64,000 bases of DNA from Eledone cirrhosa. Taxonomy: Eukaryota. The notes under the pieces are model-generated. The model was not told where the DNA came from, ran no database searches, and saw nothing but the letters and a program-made list of their open reading frames with translations. Position numbers and translations under genes: made by a program. Positions 43,595 to 57,424 of this stretch are shown piece by piece (the stretch's first letter is position 1; the number at the start of each line of letters is the position of its first letter). Location of the stretch: the NCBI GenBank assembly GCA_964016885.1, contig OZ024751.1, forward strand, positions 44,640,001 through 44,704,000, read 5' to 3'.

Positions 43595-43596
<2 letters not shown>

Positions 43597-43793
43597 AACC
43601 AGTAAGACCCCGACGGCTGAGCTCAAGCCGTTTCGACGGCTAATTCTGGACTCAATCCAGAATTAGCCGTCGAAACGGCTTGAGCTCAGCCGTCGGGGTC
43701 TTACTGGTTCCTGTTACCCACTCTACTACCCTAAGTATTGAGTACTTTGGTGCGTTATAGTCCACCTGGTTCCTTACCACATTTCCTTCGTTA
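43595..43793 (+). mobile_element. Family A short TA-inserted element with fold-back and 3' half of a hammerhead
   Basis: 56-bp arms around CTCAA (43651-43655); GAA ACGGCT tgagctc AGCCGT C GGGGTC; terminus CCTTCGTTA|(TA)n. Confidence 0.8.
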
Positions 43794-44367
43794 TATATAT
43801 ATATATCCGTATTTAAACACATAGAAACATATACATACATACATACATACAAACATAAATACATACATGGCTGCGATAGCTGGCACCTTCAAAATATGCA
43901 AAACATTCTTGCGATTCAAGGGATGACAATTTCTTTTCTTTTACAACCTTGCCACCAGGAAGGTGGCCGGTCAAAAAAATATACTCGAAATTAAGAGAAA
44001 GAGAAAACATACATAAATACATACATACATATGTACCCAAATATATTTAATTATTTTTTTGTCCATGCCCTCTATTCTTCCTCATCTAAGATATGTAAAT
44101 ATTATAAAAATATAAATAACTGAATAGATGAGACTGGTAGTTTACCGTGTGAACTGATGTATAAACCTAATACGATTGACTGATTAGAAAAGCTGAACCC
44201 TTTTCAATTTTATTCTTATTCGTGTGGTTTCTTTTATATTTTTCATGCATGATGCGCATATATATAGTATACACACTAAATAAATATATATATTTGTGTG
44301 TGTGTGTTTGTGTGTATGTGTAGTATACACATATATATATATATGTGTGTATATATATATATATATA

Positions 44368-44433
<66 letters not shown>

Positions 44434-44465
44434 TGTATATGTATATGTATATATATATGTATATG

Positions 44466-44496
<31 letters not shown>

Positions 44497-44539
44497 GTAT
44501 ATGTATATGTATATATATATGTATATGTATATATATATG

Positions 44540-44680
<141 letters not shown>

Positions 44681-44713
44681 GTATATATATATCTATATAT
44701 ATATATATATATA

Positions 44714-44761
<48 letters not shown>

Positions 44762-44835
44762 TATACGTGTATACACACAGACACATACACACATAAATAT
44801 ACATGTGTACGCGTATATATATATATATATACGCG

Positions 44836-44895
<60 letters not shown>

Positions 44896-44952
44896 CATAT
44901 ATATATATGTATACACACAGACACATACACACATAAATATACATGTGTACGC

Positions 44953-44987
<35 letters not shown>

Positions 44988-45224
44988 GAAAGAGAGAGAG
45001 AGAAATTTATTACAATCATTATCATTAAATATTATTACTATTATTATTATTATTATTATTATTATGTAATTTTTCTATAGGTACTAAATGACCGAAAGCT
45101 TTTCTTTTTCCAGTAATATATCACCATACAATGGTTTTTTTTTACGAGACAGAAAATTTTCCCAGGAAATCTTACCTATCTCTTCTCCATATGTCAAAAA
45201 ATAAATAAATAAATAAAATGAAAT

Positions 45225-45415
45225 AATTGTTTCTACTTTTGGCACAAGGCCAGCAATTACCCAGTGCATTACTGGTAGTTTATTTTATCGACCCCGTAAG
45301 GATGAAAGGCAAAGTTAACCTCGGCGCGATTTGAACTCAGAATGGCAAGGGCCGTAACTCTATGCGTCAAAGCATGGCGTCCGACCCTCTACCGATACTG
45401 CCAATCCACCGCCCT
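45225..45415 (-). mobile_element. tRNA-derived SINE family 1, full length with TSD
   Basis: Same sequence; flanking direct repeat ATAAAATGAAATAAT. Confidence 0.9.
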
Positions 45416-46449
45416 TATAAAATGAAATAATATCCATGCGACTGCACTAGATAATAATTTAGGATCTCTGTCGATAATCCGATACTTTATAATAGATGGC
45501 CTATACCGTTGTAGAAAAAAAAAAATCTTTAAATAAACTGGTGACTGGATTGTCTGAGTTGTTAAGAGTGTCGGATAAAATGCCTAGCTAATTTAGAGAT
45601 AATGAACACAACCACAAGGATATGGTCCGAACGTTTGAAGAGCCGAACGCTCACTGTCATCGCCTCCATCTCTCTCACCCACCCCCATCTCTCTGTACGG
45701 TGAGCAAATGGGGTCCCACGTGCTGGCCTCCTCACAGCTCCGGTGGACAGAATGAAGAAGGCGTTTTCCCCGGAGGATGGCAAGGGAGATGCGCGGGAAG
45801 AGCCATTCCAACACGCGGGGCTCACACCTGCGGCTGGCCAGCTCAGCGCCTATGGTGGTGAGTTGCAGAATATGGTAGATATATTAGCCAAATCTCCCTT
45901 AAATCCCAGTATTGTATTACGAAAAAGTAAAAAAAAAAAATAAAAACACATTTGATGTCGTTGTTGTATGTTTTAATCTCGAGGTATGGTTTTATATGTT
46001 CTTTCTCCCACGACACCATTGATTGAAATGTATGAGTTCTATATTGTTTCTGAGAAAATGTGTCTTACCACATAGAAGCTCCTTACGATTAAGTTAAACG
46101 ATATTTCTGGTCATGGCTAAATATGGCTTTACAGGGGGAAGTTAATGACTGAGGTGGATGACCTTCTCCCTTCTCCATGTCACCGACGTTGTCCTAGGTA
46201 AAGATAAAAGCTGATGCAGTTTAGAATCTGCCATCTCAATAAATTTTTTTTCCAGCTGAATTGACCGGAATTCAGCTGGAATTCGTAAAGTAAAATGTCT
46301 TGCGCACAGAGAGACAATTCAACAGCTGTGAATCTCAAACTACCAACCTTACCATGGTGAATGCAACAACCTAACCACTAGGCCACGTGCCTTCGCCTAC
46401 TACCTACCACCTAGTCATTATATATATATGTATATATATATATAATGAC

Positions 46450-46541
46450 TACTTACTCCTATTTCCCACTCTACTACCCTAAGTATTGAGTACTTTGGTG
46501 CGTTATGGTCCACCTGGTTCCTTACCACTTTTCCCTCGCTA
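46450..46541 (+). mobile_element. Family A 3' fragment
   Basis: TCCTATTTCCCACTCTACTACCCTAAGTATTGAG...CCCTCGCTA|(TA)n. Confidence 0.7.
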
Positions 46542-46678
46542 TATATATATATATATAGAGAGAGAGAAAAATACTGCAGGTAGCACATGGTAACATGTAA
46601 TAAAATAAGTCCCTCATCAGTGATTTGCCGAAGATCATAGATATTTCAATATATATATATACATATATATATATATAC

Positions 46679-46765
<87 letters not shown>

Positions 46766-46946
46766 TAAACGGAATAGAAAATGGTGACAAATTGTTCACA
46801 GTGAAAAATAGTTTAATTAGGAATAAGTAAGAATTAGTAATAGTATTGGTTAGTATTCAGTTTTGGTTTTAAGTTTTACCGGTTGCGCATTTCTAATGCT
46901 TTTCAAAAATAATTTTGAGATAGAGCGTCCGTGATATTTGCTCTGA

Positions 46947-46990
<44 letters not shown>

Positions 46991-47065
46991 CTATTTTTAC
47001 ATGTATATATATAAATATATATAATCTATTTTTACATCCCTATATATATATATATAATTTATTTT

Positions 47066-47119
<54 letters not shown>

Positions 47120-47645
47120 GAAACAACAGCGATAAATAATGTCCGCAGTGAATTCACTAGGGAAGAATTAGTAATATTTGTCTACATGGCTGACTTTCTA
47201 TGGGGATGGTGATGTTGATGGTGTTTATGCTATTGACAACTTGGTTTAGTAATCTTCACACATGGCTGCAATCTGAACAATACCAATTTTCCATTCTCAG
47301 CCTTTTCTATCGGTCGCTTTTTTTTTCTTCTTAACCTCTTTTTCTTATTTGTTGGTCAATATATTTATTTATATTTCATACGTGATTATTTTGTGTACTT
47401 GTGCATGTGTTTGCGTACTTATGTGTGTGTGTGTATGTGTGTTTGTGCATGTATGCACGTTTTTGTGTGTGTAGAGAGAGAGACAAAGAAAGAAGGAGAG
47501 ATAGAAGAGAGATGAAATTTGTGAGTATAAGTATATGTGTGATTGAAATGTGAAACAACGCCCAATTTTCTACATGTGAACACACTTATATGCAAATCAT
47601 ACATACATACTGTACCGATTGTGTTGTTATTTCTGTTTACCTTTT

Positions 47646-47700
<55 letters not shown>

Positions 47701-47704
<4 letters not shown>

Positions 47705-48196
47705 AAAGAATAGAGGTGTAACACACAAGTTATTATATATTGGTAAACGGAATAGAAAATGCTGACAAATTGTTCACAGTTGAAAAATGGTTTAATTAGG
47801 AATAAAAGAGTATTAGTGATTGTATGGGTTAGTATTCAGTTGTGGTTTTAAGTTTTTAAGTTTTTACCGGTTGCGCATTTCTAAATGCTTTTCAAAAATA
47901 ATTTTGAGATAGAGTGTCCGTGCTGTTTTGAGATAGAGTGTCCGTGCTGTTTGCTCTGATCTGTTTGCTGTTTGCTCCGATCAGAGCAAACAGCACGGAC
48001 ACTCTATCTCAAAACAGCACGGACACTCTATCTCAAAATTATTTTTGAAAAGCATTTAGAAATGCGCAACCGGTAAAAACTTAAAAACTTAAAACCACAA
48101 CTGAATACTAACCCATACAATCACTAATACTCTTTTATTCCTAATTAAACCATTTTTCAACTGTGAACAATTTGTCAGCATTTTCTATTCCGTTTA

Positions 48197-48203
<7 letters not shown>
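47701..48203. mobile_element. Palindromic TA-inserted element (family D); single-arm copy at 46761-46950
   Basis: ~225-bp arms (47736-47961 and 47979-48204) with a 17-nt spacer; no hammerhead recognised. Confidence 0.8.
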
Positions 48204-48271
<68 letters not shown>

Positions 48272-48274
48272 CTC

Positions 48275-48364
<90 letters not shown>

Positions 48365-48390
48365 TAAAAATAGATTTTTGGATGCCATTC

Positions 48391-48510
48391 ATTTCAAAAT
48401 CTCGGCGAGGTGGTTAACTTTGCCTTTCATCCTTACGGGGTCGATAAAATAAAGTACCAGTAATACTCTGGGATAATTGCTGGCCTTGTGTCAAAAGTAG
48501 AAACAATTAT
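48391..48510 (+). mobile_element. 5'-truncated SINE family 1
   Basis: GTTAACTTTGCCTTTCATCC...AGTAGAAACAATT. Confidence 0.8.
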
Positions 48511-48737
48511 ACTAATATAAAATGTCCGAAATACTGACCCAGTGTCCAGTTGGGTCAGTATTTTCAGATCTGTTCAGCCGATACTAACTTTCTGAATTTC
48601 AGAAAAGTGTAGCACAAAACGTATACCGCTAATAACATATACAGCTACTAATACATAGCACCACTCTTATGTATACTACCATTCTTATGTATAATACCAC
48701 TCTTATGCATAACACCATTCTTATGTATAATATCACT

Positions 48738-48769
<32 letters not shown>

Positions 48770-50123
48770 TATACAACCATTGATTAGCCAGAAGAGGTAG
48801 CACTTCTCTGAAAATCCGAAACTAGTGACAACTATTTTCATACCGGAGATTTGAACCGGATATCTATAACAGAGTAGATTCCACTAAATTCACAGAGTAG
48901 ATATGTCGGGACGTTCACCTAGGCATCAGATTTAGTTCACAACCTTAAAACAGAAAGTGTTTGTTTCCATCAGATTTCCACAAATTTCCGTCTGTAATTT
49001 AATTTACATGACATTGGACCAATCATCTTATCAAATGAATCCCTAGTTAGATTTCTGCTTTCCAAATTGATTTTCTTTTCTTGTGAAAGCTCGTGGCCTA
49101 GTTGTAAAGGTGTTGTACTTACGACCATAATGTCGCGAGTTCGATTCCTGGACTGGGTTGCGTGATGTGTTCTTCACGATGTTACTGTCTACTCATGTGA
49201 AAATGAGTAGCAGCAATAATCAATAATAATTAGTATGAGTAACATTTTAAGCCAACAGTCTCTGATAAAATTTCGCTCTTATACTGAACTCATCATTGAC
49301 TTGGAACTATATGATGTGTTTTGTAGGTTATAAACCTTTACAAACGTTCCGTTCAAAAAGATGGGCTTTATTCGAGAAATTCGGTTTTCAATTAGAAAAA
49401 ATAAAAAATATGGTTTCATTTCTGATAAGGTTTCTGAAGGAGATTGCTGTGGTCGAAGAGATACTGCGATGTTGAAATATCCGACTGCCATACATCGTTT
49501 AGATTATCTGTTTGTATAAATATCATTTAAATGACATTCACTGGTTTTAACTGTCGTTGCTTTTGTTGTTTAACCCCAGGTTAGCCTAAATAAATAAGAA
49601 CTATGATTGATCAAAAGCATTCCAATCATTTTCACCTTATCGTTTTCTTATCAAAACATAAGTCTGTCTACGACTAAAGTATCTAAATACATTACTTCGT
49701 TTTCTAAGACGATTTGATGTCGATTTCTCTGTTGAATCTAACAGTTCGTGCGACCACGTGGAGGCTCTCTCATTAATTCGTCTGACTTTTAGGTGATCCG
49801 ATTACTGAAAAGAACGTAGGAGATTGTCATGTTATTCCTACTTTAAATATAATATATTTGTTTATCACAACAGGAGCATCCTTACCAATTCCTTTTTCAG
49901 TACAGCAGAAGATTGTCTCCGTTTTACATGCACGTCGCTGCATGTATGCAGTCATTGCAGCTGCACCCGATTTCATGTCATGATTACATAGATAAGGGAG
50001 ACGTAGTCACATGATACGATGCTAGTTAAGGGATCTCAGATCTTCTCCAGTTGCTGTAATCACATTGATCCCCAGTCAACAGCGGATAAAGACAATGTAT
50101 CGTAGTGCAATCTGCATGTAAAA

Positions 50124-50192
<69 letters not shown>

Positions 50193-50430
50193 TGAAGAGA
50201 GAGTGTGTGCTGTGTATATTTAGACGTGAGTGTGTTCATGTGAATGTGTGCCTGGGATTGTGCATGTATAAGTGTGAATGTGTGTGTGTGTGAGTGTGAG
50301 TGTGTGAGTGTGAGTGTGTGAGTGTGTGTGTTTGAGTGTGTGTGTGTGTGTTCAGTAAAAAAAAAAACACAATTGCGGGCATAAATGCAGAACGGTTACA
50401 AGTACACCCTGTTTGATAGGGTGGATACAT

Positions 50431-50620
50431 AATTGTTTTTACTTTTGGCACAAGGCCACCAATTACTCAGTGCATTACTGGTACTTTATTTTATCGACCC
50501 CGTAAGGATGAAAGGCAAAGTTAACCTCGGCGGGATTTGAACTCAGAATGGCAAGGGCCGTAACTGTATGCTGCAAAGCATGGCGTCCGACCCTCTACCG
50601 ATTCTGCCAATCTACCGCCC
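50431..50620 (-). mobile_element. tRNA-derived SINE family 1, full length with TSD
   Basis: Flanking direct repeat GGGTGGATACATAAT. Confidence 0.9.
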
Positions 50621-51069
50621 TTGGGTGGATACATAATGCTGAAGAATAGCTGACTAGAGTATGGGCCAAACGGAGCCAGCCATTCTTAGTAGTATGAATT
50701 CTTATTAGCGACTTCAGACCTTAGAAAGGAGCCGAAATCGCTGTAATCCTCATTCAACAGCTGACGAAGGGTGTGTCCCTCAGTGCAAGCTGTTATGTCT
50801 TTTTTGTTGTATTGTCGTTGTTTTTTGCTTTTTTTTGTTTTGTTTTTTGTTTTGTTTTTGCGTGACTTACATTTATTGTGGCAATGAACAGAAAGTGGGA
50901 TATTATTGTGTTAAACAAAAATATGTATACATACATTGATGCGTACGTACACACACACTCACACACACATATATATATATAATATATATATACATACATA
51001 TAATGTGTATATATTTAGCCTGGACAATGAATTATTCCTGACTGCTACTGCACAATGGGTCCAAGTTAA

Positions 51070-51103
<34 letters not shown>

Positions 51104-51394
51104 TCTTACACAGTGTGTAAGATTACGTGCTACAGAAGAGCAGGTGACGTAACGTTTCGAAGGGAGGTAAATGTAATTGTATTTATCGCTATTGTTTATA
51201 ATTTGTCATCGTTTGGGAATCAATGAACCAGTCATTATGTAGTTATAAATATGATCTATATATATACAGAAATATATATTCATATATATATATATATAGA
51301 ACTTCAAACAATGAAGACACGACATCGAGTTCTAATATGGTTATAAATCCCGCCCTGACTAAGCAAAACTCTCATGAATGTATATGTGTCTTTA

Positions 51395-51439
<45 letters not shown>

Positions 51440-51896
51440 CAGTGTGTGAGTGTGTGTGTGTGAGTGTGTAAGTGCGTACCGAATCACAGGCAAACATACA
51501 ATGCAAACAAACGCACCCGAAGTTGATATATGGTTTTTATTTTATGCCGCTACAATAGAATTGACGTATTGGCCTGTAGAAAAGTTGATATATACATTTG
51601 TATAGCGATATAAAAGAGGTTTTGTTGTAGTACAAATTGTAGCTTACGTTATCAAATAAACGAAATCAAATGATACGGTAAGAAAACGGTTTTCTCACCA
51701 CATTCTTCTCAGTTTTGACTCAATTTCTCTTTGTGTTAGTTTCTTATTGTTAGATTTTGTGTGTGTAACACTGCGTGTGAGTGTGTGTTTCTGTGAGCTT
51801 GTGGGTATGTACGTGTGTCTGTGGGTATGTGTGCGTAAGTTTATTGTATCTAGTTGGAGATCCTATTTTGTATATCTATATCTATATCTATGTATA

Positions 51897-51926
<30 letters not shown>

Positions 51927-51929
<3 letters not shown>

Positions 51930-52119
51930 CGAAGGAAATGTGGTAAGGTACCAGGTGGTACACACCAAAGTACTTACGGTAGTAGAGTGGGTAATAGGAA
52001 CGAGTAGGACCCCGACGGCTGAGCTCAAGCCGTTTCGACGGCTAATTCTGAACTAAAAAGTCCAGAATTAGCCGTCGAAACGGCTTGAGCTCAGCCGTCG
52101 GGGTCCTACTCGTTCCTAT
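51927..52119 (-). mobile_element. Family A element with fold-back
   Basis: Same sequence in reverse orientation; hairpin turn at ~52054-52058; short arm ends GTTCCTAT|(AT)n. Confidence 0.8.
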
Positions 52120-52178
52120 ATATATATATATATATATATATCGGTGTGTGTGTGTATGTATATATATGTATATTTATT

Positions 52179-52242
<64 letters not shown>

Positions 52243-52346
52243 TATATATACACATACACACACACACATATTTACATGCATACACACACATATATATATG
52301 TATATATATATATATATACTCACCCACATATAAATGCATTCATTAC

Positions 52347-52388
<42 letters not shown>

Positions 52389-52998
52389 GTGTGTGTGTGT
52401 GTATTAAACCAGATTTTATAAACTACCTCAATCTGGAATACTTAATGGCTATAAACAAGACTGAACATATTGCAAAGCAGTTAAAACGAAACTATATGAT
52501 TTTAATAGTACTTCATTTTCTACATTATGTACTAAAGTAATGAAGAAGCAGGCGATACGTTCGAATAAATAAACAAACAAACAACTAAATAAATAAATAA
52601 ATAAATGGATAAATAAATAGGTAAATGCCAAAAATAAAACAATTAAATAACCACAAACATAAACCAAATATATAGATATTTGCCGGGCCAGAGGTGTTTT
52701 TTACGTCACGAAAATAAAAATAATATAAAAACGAAACGAAATTAACATACTTCTACTTGAACATGTCGTAACATGTGAAGCTTCCTTAATAATAAATTCC
52801 GGGGATCTTAATCGAAAAAGTGGTATTTTTGCTCTTTTTTCTTTTCAAGGGGTTAGTATTACTTAATGGTTCTGAGTTTTGTCCACCTGCCTAACACATC
52901 AAACAAGTGTTTTCTTCTATAGCTTTAGGGTTGACCAATGCATTTTAAATGAACTTTGGTATATGGGAACTGCAGATGCCTGTCATATATATATATAT

Positions 52999-53150
52999 AG
53001 ATAAGTTTATCCCGGGTTCAATCGGGGGTAACCACAGTAAGTGAGGTACTCATTACATAGCAGAGTATAAATATTTAATATAGAAATGGCTTCTACAGGG
53101 CTAGAATGAAACAGTTCTAGTCCTGTAGAAGCCATTTCTATATTAAATAT
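52999..53150. mobile_element. Short fold-back element with a hammerhead-like 3' half at the turn
   Basis: 36-bp arms 53071-53106 and 53115-53150; TGAAACAGTTCTAGTCCTGTAG spans the turn; related sequence at 31218-31245 (minus). Confidence 0.6.
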
Positions 53151-53190
53151 ATACATATATATATGTATGTATGTATATATGCATATATGC

Positions 53191-53260
<70 letters not shown>

Positions 53261-53281
53261 TAGATAGGACTCGATAAAGTT

Positions 53282-53333
<52 letters not shown>

Positions 53334-53560
53334 TATATACATATATTTATATACATGTACTTACATATACAAAGGTTCCTTGCACATAAATTGTAACTTG
53401 ATTGACGTATGAACGTAAATTCCTAACACTTTATTGGTACTTAATGAAGACAAAACATTGACTGTTACTATAACACTATTGGTCATTCATTATCAAGTGG
53501 GACTTACTGTAAATACCGTTAATAGTATTTTATGTAGTGTGTATATATATATACATACAT

Positions 53561-53624
<64 letters not shown>

Positions 53625-53843
53625 TTTGGTTTGCTTTTATCCTTCTATGTTGTTCACTTGTCCCCCTCGCTTTACGCGATTACTGGTCCCAATAACTTTT
53701 TTTAGATTATTGCTCGCACCAACCTGAGGTATCTGATTTTTAATGCGATGAAATACCAATGATGGTTGGAAAATCACTGACGAAGGACTATTTTTATCAT
53801 ATGTAACCCATGTGCAAACCACGCAGTATTCTTCTTTCTTCTC

Positions 53844-53923
<80 letters not shown>

Positions 53924-53930
<7 letters not shown>

Positions 53931-53983
53931 ATACTTTGTGAGGGTCATGTTGCCAATAAGATCTAAAATTCAGAAACGAAATA
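53924..53983. mobile_element. Minimal family B insertion (inverted stub plus 3' tip) within (TA)n
   Basis: ATTGTTATACTTTGTGAGGGTCATGTTGCCAATAAGA joined to AAATTCAGAAACGA, the same tip as at 40165-40178. Confidence 0.65.
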
Positions 53984-54073
<90 letters not shown>

Positions 54074-54249
54074 TATATATTGCAAGTAAGTATGTTTTGA
54101 AACAGTGAGCGAGTTTGAAATTAGAAAATATATAGCTTTCACCGTATTTTTAACTAAAGGAATTTTAGCTTGATAACGGGGTTTTAGAACCCTCAGATAA
54201 ATGGAAAAAGATGAGTATTGACGTACATGGGATATATATATATATATAT

Positions 54250-54735
<486 letters not shown>

Positions 54736-54888
54736 GAAAAATCAGTGATGCATTGGAACTCAATTTATTTTGTGTTACAATGTTTTCCCCGGCAAACAGC
54801 TCGAGATGCGGTCTGTGTGTGGATCGACCTGTTTCTGGACTCGCTGGTTCCTCAGACACGTCTATTAATATATATATATATATATAAT

Positions 54889-54958
<70 letters not shown>

Positions 54959-55065
54959 ATAATAATAAATTTGAAGACTAAAATCCAAAGAGGGCGCGAT
55001 AAGGATAAATATATATCAAATATATAAGAACCGTAGAGCAAATATTTATTAAAATAACAGATTAA

Positions 55066-55116
55066 ACTTTAAGCAAAGAATCGCTGCTTTCACCCTTTAC
55101 GGGATCTTCTGAAACT
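55066..55116 (-). ncRNA. Candidate type I hammerhead ribozyme (variant core CAGAAGA) in the PLE pLTR
   Basis: Minus strand AGTTT CAGAAGA T CCC gtaaa GGG T GAAA GCAG cgattct TTGC TT AAAGT gives stems I, II and III around the core. Non-canonical A4 and a U-U at 10.1/11.1. Confidence 0.65.
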
Positions 55117-55294
55117 AACAAAGTCAATCTGTAAACGCAGAAGTGGATATTTCAAAAAACGTTGCAACCGGAGGAAGACAGGAAGACGATACTTTGGTTC
55201 GTGAAAACGTTCGCTATGCAAATAAGTAATGGTATAAACAAAACATATACTTAGCTCCCACATCAAGACGTAAAATATCCACGTATAGATCGTA

Positions 55295-57424
55295 CTATCC
55301 GTTAGGGTATAACGTGGGGCTGTAATACAGGAAAGTTTTGTGCAATTCATGTTTACAAGCCGAAATAGCCTCAGATTTTTTGTTTAAGATGTGGTCAGTG
55401 GCGTAGAGTATTTCCAGGGCCTCAGCGGCGCAGAGGTCACATGGTCTTTTATTTCCGTTATACGATCTAGCCCTAGCTTTAATCTCCCAGTGTAACTTAT
55501 ATTGGGTGTGGTTGTCTTTTAGACTCCAGATATAAGCTGAAAGTGACGTCATATTCCTTCTTAGAGGGTAACGAAAAGAATGGGTATGCATGTAAAGACG
55601 CTGCTTGAATCTATTGGCGGTTAACCCTATGTAGGCCCTACGGGACGTGGGTGTTACAACCTTACATTTGTAGACAATGTTTCTAGAGAGGCATTTCCCG
55701 GATAGGGGGCAATCAGCCCGATTCCTACAATTACAGTTAGTACTAACTACAGGGTTGCACGTGTTCCTACGGCTAGGTAGTTTAGCTAAATTTGAAGTTG
55801 TGATGTTATGTGCAAGGTTAGGAGTCGTAGAGTAAGACATTTTAATAGTATTTCTATTAAAACTTTTACTATATTTATGTGTAGGGGGAAAAGGCTTCGT
55901 AATAAGGGAAAGAAAGATCTTAGCTAATGGTGTGGCCACCTCCATATTATATGGTGGGTTATACCAACAAATGCGACGGGATCTATTTCTTCTAGGTCTA
56001 TTTTCGTACTCTGTATATGCTACCTTATCGACAAATCCACTTCGAGCAAGAGCTTCATTGTAATAAGTGGAATGGTCGTTGAAAATACGTTCGTTGGTGG
56101 AAATACGGGAAAGCCTCAACGAAACGTTTTTTACCAGGTTCTTGGTTATGATGGCAGGATGGTTGGAATGCTTACTTATGTAATTAAGCGTATCATTCGG
56201 CTTTCTATACGGGTAATACAACCCATTCAATAAATTGAGGGTAACGTCGAGGTAATTGACGACCGAGAGATTGGCCTCAACCTGTATAGAGAGGTTGAAG
56301 CCTTTAAAGAAGGCAGTGAGTTCTTTTCTGAATCTGTGGCAAGCACGAGGTCCGCACTTAGTCATGGTCAAAGGACCATCGTCACGGTACAAACCACCGC
56401 CCGCGTTGGGGAATTCGTCCTTGATAGAGACAAGAAGGAAAAGGCCGATAAGATCAGTAACCTCCGCAGAATCACTGGCGCCCATACTCACGTCGAATGG
56501 GGTACTATTGGATTGTTTAATCCAAATAGAGTCGTCGAAATTAATCACCGACTTTCGGGCATTGAAGATGACATCAACTTCGAAATCCTTAACCACTGTG
56601 AGTGTTTTAGCGAAATTGATAGCTCTAAGGAGAAGTGGTAAAGTGATGAAGGAGTAGTAATTGTTGATGTCGAATTGGATAAAACGGCAATGTTCCTTGT
56701 TACATATGCCGTCGAACCAATCAATCACCGCGAAAGAATTGTTCCACAGTGCAAGAGGGGTCAAACTTCTAATTTCAGGTATAATTCTATCAAGAATCGT
56801 TTTACTAAGTCTACCTAAATCGGACTTTGTAGAGTTAATAAGCCGAATAGAGGGGTTGTTCGGAAAATTGGATTTGTGATCCTTCAGGGTAAAGTGGGGA
56901 GAAATAGGGTCCAGAGGTTCGGTCCGGTCCAGGATGTTGAGATCAGATGTGATTTTAAACCCAGCATCGTTGATTTCATTGATGACGCACCGATTAGTTT
57001 TACGGTAATCCTTAGTTACAGCATTATGTAGTAGTTGATGGTAAGTACTGCGCTCCACTTGATATAGGTTGCCAGTTTTGTCGGAATGGACGTGCACGGC
57101 ATTAGAATCCTTAATAGAACGAATTCTATTCTTCAGGTCTTGCTGGAAGGAATTGCTCCTATTCCGAAATTTGATACTCCGAATGAGTTCCAAGACATCA
57201 TTTTCGAAGGGTAGCAATGCTGGGTTACACGAGGGGTTATTATAGGTTTTAAATCCAAATGTATCCTGATTGTTGTCTGCTTTTCGCGGATTATCGAAAT
57301 AAAAGGCACGCCAACGCAACCTTTTAATGAACGCGTCTGTTTTCTGTATCAGGAGTTTTAGGTATGTTTTCCTGCTTGGTACGGGTATGTTCTTTGTAGA
57401 AATATTCAGATGTTGTTTCTGCAT
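55295..57424 (-). CDS. Penelope-like reverse transcriptase / GIY-YIG endonuclease, 709 aa
   Basis: RT motifs FIQFDINNYY, FDVSMGASDSAEV and GLYRDDG; linker Cys motif CNCRNRADCPLSGKC; GIY-YIG NIVYKC...AYIGLTANRFKQRLYMH; CDLCAAE and LNKKSE. The N-terminus STKNIPVPS...IKRLRWRAF resembles Naiad-clade PLEs (clade call from recall). No internal stops. Confidence 0.93.
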   Translation of the reverse strand: MQKQHLNISTKNIPVPSRKTYLKLLIQKTDAFIKRLRWRAFYFDNPRKADNNQDTFGFKTYNNPSCNPALLPFENDVLELIRSIKFRNRSNSFQQDLKNRIRSIKDSNAVHVHSDKTGNLYQVERSTYHQLLHNAVTKDYRKTNRCVINEINDAGFKITSDLNILDRTEPLDPISPHFTLKDHKSNFPNNPSIRLINSTKSDLGRLSKTILDRIIPEIRSLTPLALWNNSFAVIDWFDGICNKEHCRFIQFDINNYYSFITLPLLLRAINFAKTLTVVKDFEVDVIFNARKSVINFDDSIWIKQSNSTPFDVSMGASDSAEVTDLIGLFLLVSIKDEFPNAGGGLYRDDGPLTMTKCGPRACHRFRKELTAFFKGFNLSIQVEANLSVVNYLDVTLNLLNGLYYPYRKPNDTLNYISKHSNHPAIITKNLVKNVSLRLSRISTNERIFNDHSTYYNEALARSGFVDKVAYTEYENRPRRNRSRRICWYNPPYNMEVATPLAKIFLSLITKPFPPTHKYSKSFNRNTIKMSYSTTPNLAHNITTSNLAKLPSRRNTCNPVVSTNCNCRNRADCPLSGKCLSRNIVYKCKVVTPTSRRAYIGLTANRFKQRLYMHTHSFRYPLRRNMTSLSAYIWSLKDNHTQYKLHWEIKARARSYNGNKRPCDLCAAEALEILYATDHILNKKSEAISACKHELHKTFLYYSPTLYPNG

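Noticed and set aside
45600-45870. GC-rich island with a GTGAGT donor-like site as a plus-strand exon (also 28445-28524)
   Set aside because: In-frame stops or an unclear acceptor, and no recognisable protein; insufficient support.
54800-54865. CTGAGGA...GAAAC on minus as a hammerhead (similar weak cases at ~38778-38810, ~51140-51165, ~62395-62430)
   Set aside because: Stem II and/or stem I do not pair, or half of the core is missing; at best decayed.
56256-56879. Plus-strand ORFs overlapping the PLE RT
   Set aside because: Antisense shadows of the real ORF with no motifs.
55295-57424. Selenoprotein (UGA recoding) as reported for some Naiad elements
   Set aside because: The ORF has no in-frame UGA and no SECIS was recognisable by eye.
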